From Eledone cirrhosa (Eukaryota), in NCBI GenBank assembly GCA_964016885.1, contig OZ024742.1:154566001-154630000 (forward strand): a DNA stretch of 64,000 bases, written 5' to 3'. A program made the translations under genes and the position numbers. Every line of letters begins with the position of its first letter. The stretch's first letter is position 1. The notes under the pieces were generated by a model. That model was given only the letters and a program-made list of their open reading frames with translations, had not been told where the DNA came from and ran no database searches. This document shows, in pieces, positions 27,448-40,789 of the stretch.

Positions 27448-28790
27448 GTGTATATGTGCGCGTGTGTGAGTGTGTGTGTGTGTGAGTTGGAGTGAGTTTG
27501 TGTGTTTATGTTTACATGATAACGTAAATATTCCCAAATATCAATACGGACGCGTACGAGCAAAAGCGAAAACATGATTCAACGCACATAAGCTTACAAA
27601 CGCATATCTCTGTGTACGCAACTACATTCCTATTAACCTGAATACAACTTCATGTTCAACGATATACATGCAGAATGATCTACTCAGAAATAATACGTCT
27701 GATGGATTTCACATTGTACTATCATTATATATTAGCATAGTTATGTCCCTTTACAGTCTGAGTTCAAACCCGCCGAGGTTAACTTTGCCTTTCATCCTTA
27801 CGGGGTCGATAAAATAAAGTACCAGTAATGTACTGGGTAATTGCTGGCCTTGTGCCTTAAGTAGAAACAATTATATATATATATATATAAAAAACATGAG
27901 AAGAAAGAAGAATATTGCGTGGTTTTACATGGGTTACATATGATATAAATAGACCTTCGTCAGTGATTTTCCAACCATCATTGGCATTTCATCGCATTAA
28001 AAATCATATACCCCAGGTTGGTGCGAGCAACAACTAAAAAAGTTATTGGGACCAGTAAATCGCGAAAAGCGAGGGGGACAAGTGAACAACATAGAAGGAT
28101 AAAAGCAAACCAAAGAAAGGAAAAAACAAGCAACCTGGTTGTCCTGGTCAGCATAAGCTGGGTGGATTTCATGAGCGAAAGGTACATGCCTCCGACGTGA
28201 GTGAGATGTAAGCAAGAAGAGACCCACTGTGAGCCAAACGGGAGGAAGTGAGAAGGGGATAAACAGAGAGTGAGTCAGTGGAAATGCGAGGAAGCGGTCA
28301 GTCGAGAGAAAGTGTAACTAACAGAGGGGCGAAAGAAGGTGAGAGAAACAGAGAGAACGGGTAAGCAGTAAGAAGAAACAGACAAACGCAGCCGAGGTAA
28401 ATATATATAAAAATATGAGAAGAAAGAAGAATACTGCGTGGTTGCACATGGGTTACATATGATATAAATAGTCCTTCGTCAGTGATTTTCCAACCATCAT
28501 TGGTATTTCATCGCATTAAAAATCATATACTTCAGGTTGGTGCGAGCAACAACTAAAAAAAGTTATTGGGACCAGTAAATCGCGTAAAGCGAGGGGGACA
28601 AGTGAACAACATAGAAGGATGAAAGCAAACCAAAGAAACGAAAAAAAACAAGCAACATGGTTGTCCTGGTCAGCATAAGCTGGGTGGATTTCTTGAGCGA
28701 AATGTACAGACGTCCGACGTGAGTGAGATATATAAAAAATAGGATTTCGCTTCAAGCATAGCTTTATACAATATGTATACATATTTTGTA
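27030..28790. repeat. Three copies of a 320-370 bp repeat: 27030-27405 (+), 27889-28210 (-) and 28410-28790 (-)
   Basis: Shared blocks CTCACTCACGTCGGA..TTTCGCTCA.GAAATCCACCCAGCTTATGCT..TTTTATCCTTCTATGTTGTT.ACTTGTCCCCC..CACTGA.GAAG..TTCTTCTTTCTTCTCAT, each ending at TA repeats. Probably a PLE 3' terminal region. Confidence 0.75.
27735..27872 (+). mobile_element. tRNA-derived SINE, 5'-decayed
   Basis: GAGTTCAAACCCGCCGAGGTTAACTTTGCCTTTCATCCTTACGGGGTCGATAAAATAAAGTACCAGT. Confidence 0.85.
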
Positions 28791-28869
28791 TCTCCAAAGA
28801 ATTACAGTTTTAGTAAGCCGTAGCTATGCAAAAAGCGGGGGCTAACGTCCAGCAGCAGCAAGGAGGACA

Positions 28870-28913
28870 ACCGTCTATGCATTTCAGGCTTCACTGACCT
28901 TCGTCAGGACGAT
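28870..28913 (-). ncRNA. Minimal type I hammerhead ribozyme motif
   Basis: Minus strand reads ATCGTC-[CTGACGA]-AGGT..GCCT-[GAAA]-TGCA palindrome-[TA]-GACGGT. Confidence 0.8.
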
Positions 28914-29536
28914 CTATCCCACCGCTTGCGACTGCTGGACTAGAAGACAGCTGAGAATATATACTTTTCTCCTCTGTGTAAATGATGTGATTAATGTCAT
29001 TTGCATATGAAGCTGCATAAGTTTGCTCAACCCGGGTTATGTGTGGTCTAGTATCTAATAAAATTTACTTTAGTTTAGCTGTTATTATCAAATATCAACC
29101 AAGATATAAAAAAAACCTTCGGTGTGCGATAAACATAACATATAAATTGTAACGCATATACAAATAGATACCTGTTTCGGTACTTTATGGAGAAATATTA
29201 AATTATTAAGGAATTGGGTGATGGGGTGGGGTGGGTTCGGGGTGTATGCGCTCCCCTTCCCTGGCCCCGCTGTCTCGCAGTTCCACTGCCTCTGGTATGA
29301 GTTGATTTTTGGCGCTCTCTTGTTGGTTGACTAGGTAGCTGAGTAGGTAGTTGACTGATAGGATGACTGGCTTGGTGAGAAGTTAGCAGGCTGAAATTAT
29401 CTGTCAAATCCACGCTTTGTATTGTTTCTCTCGCAAATGTTCAATAAATGTCATTTTTTAATTAGAATATTCAGACGTTTTCCGACTGTTGACCTTTGAA
29501 TCGTGTGGTGCTTAGTTAGGATTAATGAAGCTAAAC

Positions 29537-29623
<87 letters not shown>

Positions 29624-29665
29624 TGCGTGTTTGTGTGTGTGTGTATGATATATATATATATATAT

Positions 29666-29828
29666 AACAAATGAATTGTGGTAAGGAACCATATGGACAA
29701 TAAGGCACCAGAGTACTCAATACTTAGGGTAGTAGAGTGGGAAATAGGAACAAGTATGACCCCGACGGCAGAGTTCAAACAGAAATAGCCGTCGAAACGG
29801 CTTGAGCTCTGCCGTCGGGGTCATACTT

Positions 29829-29833
<5 letters not shown>
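29666..29833. mobile_element. Short (TA)n-flanked repeat family, copy 2, fold-back form
   Basis: AAGTATGACCCCGACGGCAGAGTTCAA ... TTGAGCTCTGCCGTCGGGGTCATACTT form an inverted repeat enclosing AGCCGTCGAAACGGCT. Confidence 0.75.
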
Positions 29834-29867
<34 letters not shown>

Positions 29868-29914
29868 TTAAAACAATGAAATAAAAAGTCAAGTCATTAG
29901 AGATATACTTCACT

Positions 29915-30021
29915 GCTTTACGATCGTTTCTAGGTGATGATAATACATTGTAGCTGTTCTCTGTCATTGATCTAAGTAAGGTTAGTTACTTACATGCATA
30001 TCAACACCTGTTTTCCAAACC
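29915..30021 (-). ncRNA. Degenerate hammerhead motif (family of 55457-55588)
   Basis: Minus strand has a GGTGTTGATA/TATCATCACC stem II, then GAAA-CGATCG-TA. The CTGANGA box is corrupted. Confidence 0.35.
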
Positions 30022-30737
30022 AATCTAATTTTATTTAGAATTAGTAGTATGTTTGTATCATGTCCTTATTTGGAGGTAGTTGAAGAACTAACCAATCAAA
30101 TTGCTTTTTTCATATGGTGTTAAGATGAAAAGTAATACACTTTAGTTTAGGTCATGCATGCAGAATAGACTCCACAACTTACTGTGGATAACTCTGTGTA
30201 TATATATATAGGCAGAGTGGGTAATCGAGACTGCACCGATGTGTATAATAGTATACAGAAGTAAACTATTACAATAGTATACAGAAGTATAATATTATGA
30301 TGAAAAATGCGAATTGCCATGCAACGCTGAAAGTTATTAACAATTTTAACCGAACTTCAGACCAAGGTTCGCCTTTATAAGATGGTGTGTATAATCATCT
30401 GCAAGGAAGCACGTATTTATTTTTAGCAGTTGTTTGTAGAGTAGGTACTATTTTGCATATATTTAGCGATCGTGTTGACAATTAATTAAACTATATATAT
30501 TAATAAGTGACCTATGCAGTGAAATGTACAATAAATGTATATATGTATATATGCAGGATGTTTAATCCTAACTGCACCGATATACTTATAAAAATATATT
30601 TATCTAATGTGTAAGCACGTGTACATGCCAAAAAATACGAATCTACTTGTCAACTGAAAAAGTGATAAACACATTTAATTGATTTTCAGACTTAGTTGCA
30701 CCCTCGTCAGAAGTCGTGTATATCATCCAAAGAACCA

Positions 30738-30820
<83 letters not shown>

Positions 30821-30822
<2 letters not shown>

Positions 30823-31155
30823 CGAAGAGAGTGTAGTAAGGAACCAGGTGGACCATAACTCCCCAGAGTACTCAATACTTAGGGTAATAGAGTGGGTAAT
30901 AGGAAACATGTTCGAGACCATGACGGCTCCACCCACTCCCTCATTATTCTACAGGCAAGTACAGCCACCCACACCCACCTCCATGAAAGATCTAATTGTA
31001 TTTACAATTAATTTTGACCAATCCTTTTGAAAACTACAATCTTCCGATATATGGAATTACCTCTTGAAAAATTACCACGCTAAAAATCTAATTTAGTCCA
31101 GAATTAGCCATCGAAACGGCTACAGCTCTGCCGTCGGGGTCTTGAACATTTTTCA
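30821..31155. mobile_element. Short (TA)n-flanked repeat family, copy 3
   Basis: Inverted tail at 30821-30927, then a unique middle, then TAGCCATCGAAACGGCTACAGCTCTGCCGTCGGGGTC. Confidence 0.7.
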
Positions 31156-31166
31156 TATATATATAT

Positions 31167-31250
<84 letters not shown>

Positions 31251-31700
31251 TTAATCTCCGAGTGTTACGTTCCTTGCGCACCTGCATTGAGGTAAAACCC
31301 ACGAATTGTGGTCATGGTACATACAAATACCTATAAGCTTCAAACATTAACGTGAAATAGAGGCCGGCAAACACGGTATATTGTTATTAATAATTTCGCG
31401 TTAAAAGGTGTGAAAGATAATATTGCCACAAAAAAAGACATTAAAGAATTGCGCAAGATATTTCCGATTCTACAAATATGCGGTGGTTTCCACTCACAAT
31501 AATATAGATAGCTTCTAAGGCAAATTCCGCGAATAACGGAGACTGCGAATGCCAGGCATACACTGTATGTATAAGCTTTTCAGATACTAATAAGTCAAAC
31601 CACGACATCAAACAGTACATTGTGAAATGCACAAGCAAACATGAGATGTTTTTCATCTCCCTCTCCGTCTCTATCACATCTCTCTCTCCCCCTCTCTCCA

Positions 31701-31764
<64 letters not shown>

Positions 31765-32965
31765 GCTCTCTTTCTCTCTCTCACTATGTTGGTGTCCAGT
31801 TTGGTATTATCAATGCTATGATGGCAATTTGATTTTGATTATTAGATTTATGTTTTAAACACTAACACTTTCATATTTTCTCTCGATTTTATTACATGTT
31901 TATTTTGTTTAATAGGAAATAAAAAAGACGTAAATGGCAAAAATAACAACGAAAACCAAGTCATTCCTGGAGTACTTTTAACTTCAATTAATGACTATTT
32001 CACTTGGGGTGAAGTTTATTATCATAAAATATAGTAGAAATTGTTCCATTAGAATTATTTTTAAATGGGTACAATGTTCTAATGAAACTGAAGGCTGTCA
32101 TGTCCTTAGACAGCATTTTACGATCTAACGCTTCCCAGGTTTTCCTTGTCAGTGTGACACTTAAATGAGAAAACTGTCATAATATTCGTTGTTTTTGTTT
32201 TCCACCCGGTGAGTGTTTTATTGATCGTCTCACTACCATCGTCATTTCCACGAGAAAATAACCAAGCTCCCTCTATATATTACAACTGTTGATTATTCGA
32301 AGTGTGCTTTTCATAAATGAACATGTTGAATTGTGAAATAAATAGCCACATAAAGTTGGGCTGATGACAGATCTGGACAGTTTTATTAATCAAATAAGGC
32401 CTACCATGGTGTTGAGGATTACAGTTTGCAAGGTTGATTCTTACCAGACAAGAATGTGTAGGTTTAATGTTATATTGATCGTCTCACTAGCATTAGCATT
32501 ACGCATCGAGGTTTAAATTGATGGATAATGTTGATCATGTTAAATAAATACATGGACCATATTCGGAAACTAATTCAAAATGTCAGAAATACGGATGCTC
32601 TAGACGTGTGCTCAGCTTGCTTGAAATAGCAGCCAAACGACCTTCATATCAAAAACTGTCCCCTACAAAGTACATATAGGTGAAAATAGGTAGACTATAA
32701 CTATATGGATTCAGATTTATCACGCACTTAATAATTGCCCTTAAATTTAATTCAATTCAGTCGTATATATTTGAATATAATACTTAACCACTTCCGAGTT
32801 GATTTCATTAGAAAGATTTTCTACTGATAGTATAAGTGGAACACTCATCTTTGTACACGATGGTGGTCCATTACAAGGAAGAGAATATGGGGTAACCTGC
32901 CAGCGAAAAAAATCAACTTTGCAGTTTTCGTTCCCATAATTTTATCACTCTCGTCTCTCATACTG

Positions 32966-33042
<77 letters not shown>

Positions 33043-34061
33043 GGGTACTAAAACACAGGTAACTGATAATAATACTAGTGAGTGCTTGTGCGTCATACAT
33101 TGTTTAATGTAATATACTTGCATTACTCGATCGGTCAGGTTTACTTTAAAGTTATTTCATCCGTAGCAATCCTGTATTTTACGAATATTTAGGACTATGT
33201 CCCTTAAGGTGTTATATATATCAGATGGACGGTTTGAGACAGATTTGGATACTAATTCTAATAAAGTATACGACCAATTAGAGACATAATTTTGCTACGT
33301 GATCTTTGTAAAGAGCTGACAAATTATCTCATATTATGTAATGCTATAATTATTTTATTGAATGCGGGAAAAATTTTGAACATAAATTTGTTGTAATTGT
33401 TATATTCGTTCTATGATAATACGAATAAGAACGTGAAGAAAAGCTTCAGAATATATTATCTAAATACTTTTAAATATTTATATTTCTTATATGATTATGT
33501 GACATAGAATCAATCAAGTCGTAATGCAAGCTCACTGATCTACAGTAATGTTCCTGTAGAGGATTTAAAAACCTAATAAAATATATAATAACGTGCGATA
33601 GAATAACAGAATATTCAGTATTGTGACGCAAGTTACAATTAGAATTCAGTCTATCACTATTTTGTTCACAGTTTCCCTGAGGCATGAAACACATGTGTTT
33701 ATGTACATCAAAGAGATAGAGGGCGAAAGGGTTGCGTCAATACATTTTCAGGGGCACGTTCATGCAGTAACATTTGGTCACTACATCGATATATATGAAT
33801 TCGTAATATTGGAAAATGTTAGTATTCTCATTGAGTATAGTGAAATAACTAAATGCAGTGAGGCATTAAACATTTGTATAAACCAATGGTGTAAATCCTT
33901 CTGAATCGCTTGAGAAATGTTCTTGCACGAACACTTTTAAACGACAATTTATTGTTAACAACACTAAGAAACCAATCCAAACTATAATAAAATAAGGAGT
34001 GCGGGACTGGGTAGAGAGTATATTTGTTTATCGCGTTTGTAAAATGAGTTGGATTACTTTG

Positions 34062-34925
34062 AATAAATAATTGTTTCTACCTTTGGCACGCGGCCAGCAA
34101 TTACCCAATGCATCACTGGTACTTTATTTTATCGACTTTGAATAAATAATGAATGAATATTACATAATTTATCTACTAAATTTCGTTATTCTTGATTAAA
34201 TATAAATAATTTTGTTGCTTATTTTAAGATTCACTTCTTTAAAATGTTCAAATATCAACACTTCCGGTTAGCGATCGTTTAAATAAACATTCATATATTT
34301 CCATCACTAAATTTCTCCTAATGCAGATTATATATAACATCGTCTTTTTTTAAAATGTATCATGGATTACGTTACTGATTCCATAACGCAGTCTTCGTTC
34401 AATTTCTGTGTATATTGTCAATTACGATTTTATTTTGTGTATCTTATCTACATGCATATATGTTTGCGTATACTATCAATATGCACACTAAACATTCTAG
34501 CAGAAAACCACGCGAAGGGTGTTTTTTCTGTTAGTAACCATAATAATAATGATAATTTATAATTTAGACCCATTTCCAGCAATGTGTCGACCGAAGGGCC
34601 TCTACATTTATATAATTGTTTCAACTTTTGGCACAAGGCCAGCAATTATTCCAGTGTATTACTGGTACTTTATGTCGTTTTATTAATGTCGTTTTATCAG
34701 ACTTACGACTCATCACACTTTAATGATATTGGTTTCTGTTTTAGGCACAATGCAAACAATTTGGGAGAAGAAAGTCGGTAAATCGACGCCAGTGCTTACC
34801 GTTATTTTATTGACCCGTATGTACGAATATGATTGGCAAAGTAACCATTTGAACGAAAAACGTAAAGGTCCATAACTACATGCCACAAAGCATGTTTTCC
34901 GATAACCTACCGATACTGCCAAACC
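34062..34925 (-). mobile_element. Cluster of three SINE fragments (34062-34135, 34615-34675, 34730-34925)
   Basis: Reverse-complement matches to the SINE tail (TTGTTTC.AC.TTTGGCAC..GGCCAGCAATT..ACTGGTACTTTAT) and head (CCTACCGATACTGCCAA). Confidence 0.7.
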
Positions 34926-35299
34926 CCCAATGATAGTAAGAGCAGGTTACTAAAAGTAAAGCCATTTCAATTTATATTTAAAAAATGTATAACATATACT
35001 ATTTCTCTTTAACTGTAAATTACATTATTCATTAAATATTTGATAACTGTATATATCCTTTTTTAATTTAAAAACTGGCTAGGAATATATTAGATATTAA
35101 CGGGGTAATAATAAAATTTCAAATTTATTGTTATAATTCTTCTCCAAAAATTATGACTTAATTTCAACTGAATTAATTATATAAAACGAAGTTTTAGGCA
35201 AAACCGTTCCTTGGCGCCAAATATATTTTTAGTGAAATAAAGTTAAGCTGATTTTTTTACTTAAATGACTTTCAATACATGAGAGCTAATCAGGAAACG

Positions 35300-36860
35300 T
35301 CTAAAAGCATTCTATACAATAATTTCTACTGGAAATTTCTGGCTTCAATTGTTAAAAAGAAGAAAGTAGACTGCATGAGGAATTAGAACATGGTGTAAAC
35401 TATCAGATAAGAAACTATAATGCATTAGAGAGCCAAACCTGTAGAGAATGTAGCTGTACCTGTCAGTTAGGGTTGTTCTTTACCGCAGATAGCTTTCAAT
35501 CATTATAAACCCTCTGAAAACCCAACACAAGGATTTATTCCAAAATCTCTGTGAGATAAGGGTCATCCTGGATAGATTTGCGAAAATTAGCACAGAAAAA
35601 TGCGACATTAGTTATGTCAAGTACAAAACTCAGGTGTATATATTATCAGGTTTCCATTGCACATATGAATCGCCACGGTTGATGCATGCATTAAACCTCA
35701 CCATCTTCAAGTTAAGGTGTCTCCTACACTGTTAGGTTAAATGCTGACGTATCCAGCAAAATTCATAGTGTAGATTTTACACATACGTATTTAAAAGCAA
35801 CGATTTAGTTCACGAAACACAAACTTCGGTTTTCGTGCAATGGAAATATTTGAACGCTAGTACATTCGACTCAATGGATATCCTGATTGTCATGTACAAC
35901 AATTTGTTTTCTTTTTACTTTATATTTTATCTATATCCATGGTACACTGCATAGAGATTAGGTTGAACATAAGTTGAATATTATCGGTCCTATCAACTCC
36001 TGACTACCCAACTCACTAATCTAGCCCATCTTAGCTTTTCAGGCTCGGAATAATGCAATTAAACGCCAAGACTCTCATTTCTGTCTACATTTCCTATCTA
36101 AGATACTGATTTAAAAGAAATTTTACTTATATAAATGTTGTTTGCCCAACTCCATATCGACAAATTTGGTAATCTACGCAGTATTTGTTAGACAGTTGCA
36201 GCAGCTTTTACACTTATGTTAGCCCTGTTTTGTCTACTACTATCCTCTTTCAGCTTCTGTTTAAAATTATATTTATAATATCCACTAGCCCTATAAGCGT
36301 TATGTTCTGAATAACGTTTATTTACGCCTGAAGTAACAGCTATATATTAATGAGATGCTACTAGTCTGTAGAAGTAGCTTTCACTTTCTTTCACATGAAA
36401 CAACTTTACATTCGGACCCCAGAGCATTTTAAGCACATGTAGTTTGAAATATTTTCAAAACAATCTACTGAACAAAGTCCAAGAAGTATTGTGATTTTGT
36501 AGTCCAGAAATGATGGTTCCTTTGTACCGTCATACATCTATATGAATTAAATGAAATTGTTCATCGAATGTCAGCCTACATAGGCCATGCCCAAGGCAAC
36601 ATACGTATAATTACGAAACCTTTTATTAAAACAGACGTGGTAGATCATGATACAGTGTGAGCCTCTTTTTATCTTGTTTAATACAGCAGGTAATCCAAAA
36701 TTAGTTTCGTGTATGCGTTAGTTTAATGACCTGACTAAGTGATAGACTTGGTACCCAAAGTCATACAGACTGAATCGGGGAAGAGGCTACTTCTTACATG
36801 GCTATCAGCTCGAATTTGGATTATTTTTCCGTCAAATATTGCCAGGTTCATTTGAGATCA
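35300..36860 (-). pseudogene. Possible heavily decayed, intronless ADAM10/17-like metalloprotease-disintegrin pseudogene
   Basis: Manual minus-strand translation across many stops and frameshifts gives, in ADAM order: HCIM..FNKRF..ALGMAYVG (about 36660-36574), GTII..LQNH, NALGSE, YIAVTSG (about 36345-36325), NCL..QICRYG (about 36200-36150), TNCCT (about 35900), MCNG..FC and KSLCWV. Confidence 0.4.
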
Positions 36861-38092
36861 TCTGGGAATATTTATGTGTTATTTAACTTGTTGTCTTGAA
36901 TTATTTAGTATATACGTATGAATTGATACACATGCACATATTCTCAAACACAGTCAAGTATAGATATACACAAACATACACACACATGCACACACACACA
37001 CACACACATACACACACACACGCACGCACACATATATTTGTGTGTGTGTGTGTGTGTGTGTTTCGTGTACATTTGTGATTGTGATGTATATATGCTACTT
37101 GTTTTATAATGTTATAGAAGTTTCACATATGGACATCTGAACAATTCTTCGTTAGACATTGCGACTTTGCGATGGTATACACACACATACGCACACTCCC
37201 ACATGCACAAACACACACATCCACACACACATATATATGTGTATGTGTGTGTATGTGTGTGTGTGTGTATGTGTGTGTCTGTGTCTGTGTATGTGTATGT
37301 ATATCCAAAACATACACATACATATATATTTTAATGAGGCTGTTTTATGTGTGGTCAACATAAAAAACAATCAAACATTAACTGCAAAAAGCACTCAATA
37401 GCTTTACGTAGAGTATAAAATGTATCCTCCAGACAATCTGACGCAGCCAATGAACAGTGAAACTCCAAAGTGACTGTCAAACTTTTCCATTTAAAATATA
37501 TATAAAAAACGACGTTGTGTGGATGTGAGCGCGCGTATGTGTTATATATATGTGTGCGTCTATGTCTGTATGTGTATGTGTTAGCGTCAATGTGTGTGTG
37601 TGAGCCTGTGTGTGTGAGGGTGTATGTTTGTTGGTGTGTGTGTGTGTTTGTTTGAATGTGTGTGTACGTGTGTGTGTGTGTGCACGCGCGCATGTGTGCG
37701 TGTATGCGTGAATGTGTGTGTGAGCGTGTGTGTCTATTTGTGTGTATGTGTGTGTGTGTGTGTGTGTATGTGTGTGTGTGTGTGTGTGAGTGTGTGTTTG
37801 TATGGGTATGTGTGTGTGTGTGCATGAATGGGTGTGCGTGTGTGCGCGCCTGTATGTTTGTGTGTATATGTGTATATATATTTGTGTGTAACTAACCGGC
37901 AGAGAAATTCGATTGAGAACACATAAAACGAAACGGCAATAACATTTTCAAGAATATACAGACATTCTTATTACAGCTATTATTGTTGAGTCCATTGGTG
38001 TTGCTTTCTCATATGATGTTTTTGTTGATATTACTGTTTTCTATGGTCAATCTTCACTCTTCTTCTTCTTCTGTCTTCTTCTTCTTCTTCTT

Positions 38093-38190
<98 letters not shown>

Positions 38191-38191
38191 C

Positions 38192-38372
<181 letters not shown>

Positions 38373-38687
38373 TAATAAAATAAATCATTATTATTAGTAG
38401 TATTACTATTATTAGTATTGAGCTCAGCTGTTAGTGACTACGGCTGAAATTAGGAGTGCATTTCTTCTTATAGAAGTAGCATCCAATTAATTTACTTCAA
38501 AGAAGATAAGCAATTATGTTAAGAAAACAAATAGCAAACAGTCTATAGATTGCGAATGTAGATGTGGACAACGATTTTCGCCAGACCTACGTATGCAGAG
38601 GCCCTGAGAAAAAGGAATAAGTCAAACACTGACGATATTTTACTCTTAACATTCCCCATTCCCACCACTCTCTTACCTTATATATAT

Positions 38688-38990
38688 ATCATCATCATCA
38701 TCATCATCATCATCATCGTTTAACGTCCATGTTCCACGCTTGCATGGGTTTGGACGGGAGTTTTCCCACTTGAGGCAAGAGTGGTTGTCTTGCTCGCATA
38801 GGACTGTCTAGCGGGTTTTCTACAGCTGGATGCCCTTCCTAACACCAACCACATTTACAGTGTGGGACTGGGAGGTTTTTACCGTCTTGCCTACACGGCC
38901 ACATTACAGCGTGGACTGTGTGTTTTTTTGTCGTGACTCCTACACGATCTCATTTGTTTCGGCCTGGATGTTGTGACACCAACATAACTT
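38688..38990 (-). mobile_element. SINE-like repeat with a (GAT)n tail and a Meta/MESC-like core
   Basis: (CAT)n-CGTTTAACGTCCATGTTCCA.GCT and CAGCTGGATGCCCTTCCTAACACCAACCAC. Related copies at 59067-59250 and 59925-59962. Confidence 0.65.
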
Positions 38991-39069
38991 TATATTGAAA
39001 GGGGCGGTGTATATGGGGTGGGGGTTGTGGGACGAGGGTGTATTTTGTTAGAGATGGGTTAATCCACCA

Positions 39070-39986
39070 TAATAATATGATCACCTTCAGCATAACTTAA
39101 TTAAACTACTCTATAGTTAATACACTTTATGCTTTAAACATTTTTTTTTGAGGATGCGCATCACCATAGAAATTAGGGTCTATGTTGTGACACATCTTAA
39201 TAGCTAGGTATAGAAACCCCGGAGTTACCTCCCCGCATGCATTAACTCCCCTTAGCCACACACACATTTCCGGGTAGTATTCAATGGCGATTCTCGAAAC
39301 GTAACAGCCTCCTGTATTGAACTAAAGAACACCAGACTACGATCTCTAAATGGATTGTCAAACTCTCAATATCGAATTGTCGTGGATTATGTGAGGGGCA
39401 TATAATCGAAAAATACACTCCCCTGACCATGAAAATGTCGAAGTACATGAAATACTTGACATCCCTTCGCTGTGCATCTCCAATACTTTTAACACTTTTA
39501 ATGCTTGCACTATTTTTAATGCTTATAACATTTCTCCACACACAGACTATATCAATCATATAAAGAATTTGCCACCAGATCTACCAACCTAACACTCTTG
39601 TTTACCTACCTAAGTGCCTCTACCACACATATCTCTGTGCCACACTATATAAACAAGACGCACATGCGTGCCACACATATAACATTTGCACTATATAACC
39701 GCTTATCTTCATGTTGTATTTTAACCTGTATTTTTGATTTTTGATTGTACCTCTTAATATAAATGTAATCTCGAAGTGTGTACTGCCACTCTAAATTCTG
39801 TAATGAATGTTGACCCACAATGTTTGAATATGTATCAATGTTTGAATATGTATCGGTATGTCTCTCGGCTGAAAACGAGGTCATATAACTCTCCATGCAT
39901 TAATAAATTGCTCCGAAGAATCCAAACCTCGGTTTGGAGGAAACAGCTGTAAGCACAATAATGTTTTGAACAGTTCTTTGATTCTT

Positions 39987-39993
<7 letters not shown>
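39070..39993 (+). mobile_element. PLE 3' UTR relic related to 5330-5983
   Basis: 39222-39300 resembles 5358-5440. It ends in an HHR motif and TTTGATTCTT, then (TA)n, as at 5962-5983. Confidence 0.6.
39909..39955 (+). ncRNA. Type I hammerhead motif, CCGAAGA core variant
   Basis: TGCT-[CCGAAGA]-A-TCCAAAC/GTTTGGA-G-[GAAA]-CAGCTG palindrome-[TA]-AGCA. Confidence 0.7.
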
Positions 39994-40069
<76 letters not shown>

Positions 40070-40277
40070 GTGTGTGTGTACATATATGTCTATACATATA
40101 CATACATGTGTGTGTGTGTATATACATATATGGAAAAAGAAAATGAAGAAGAAGAAGAAGAAGAAGAAGAAGAAGAAGAAGAAGAAGAAAGAAGAAGAAG
40201 AAAAAAAGAAGAAGAAGAAGAAGAAGAAGAAGAAGAAGAAGAAGAAGAAGAAGAAGAAGAAGAAGAAGAAGAAGAAG

Positions 40278-40322
<45 letters not shown>

Positions 40323-40789
40323 TCATGTTTTGCTTGTAGTTGATTGCATGTTATACACTTCTTCTGATGAACGAACATCGAATCAAGCTGTTTATAATTG
40401 CTTTACATTTATAGGGAAATTTGTATTATATATCTATCTATCTCTATATATATATATATAAAGATTTCCGTTATAACTATCAGGGAGAAATGAAAATATT
40501 GATCATAACTACGCATTGCCCTTCTATAATAGTATGAGTTATTTTGAGGTTGAGGATTAGGCTTAAGCACACATTTGGTTTTAAAAGTATAGCTTTTTTC
40601 GTGCAGGATGTTATGCCTTCTATACTTGCACAATATATCGTTAATAAGATGTAGAAAATTGAAACCTTTGATAACAACTTTTTGCGTGTTGGTTATATCC
40701 TGCACCTAGTACATTTTCAAACATCTGTGATGCTATGGAAATTGGTGGATTACATTGGTTGTGTGTCCCACTAAATAATGTCAACTAGA

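Noticed and set aside
30660-30716. Minus-strand CTGACGA...GAAA next to (TA)n
   Set aside because: Stems I and II do not pair convincingly.
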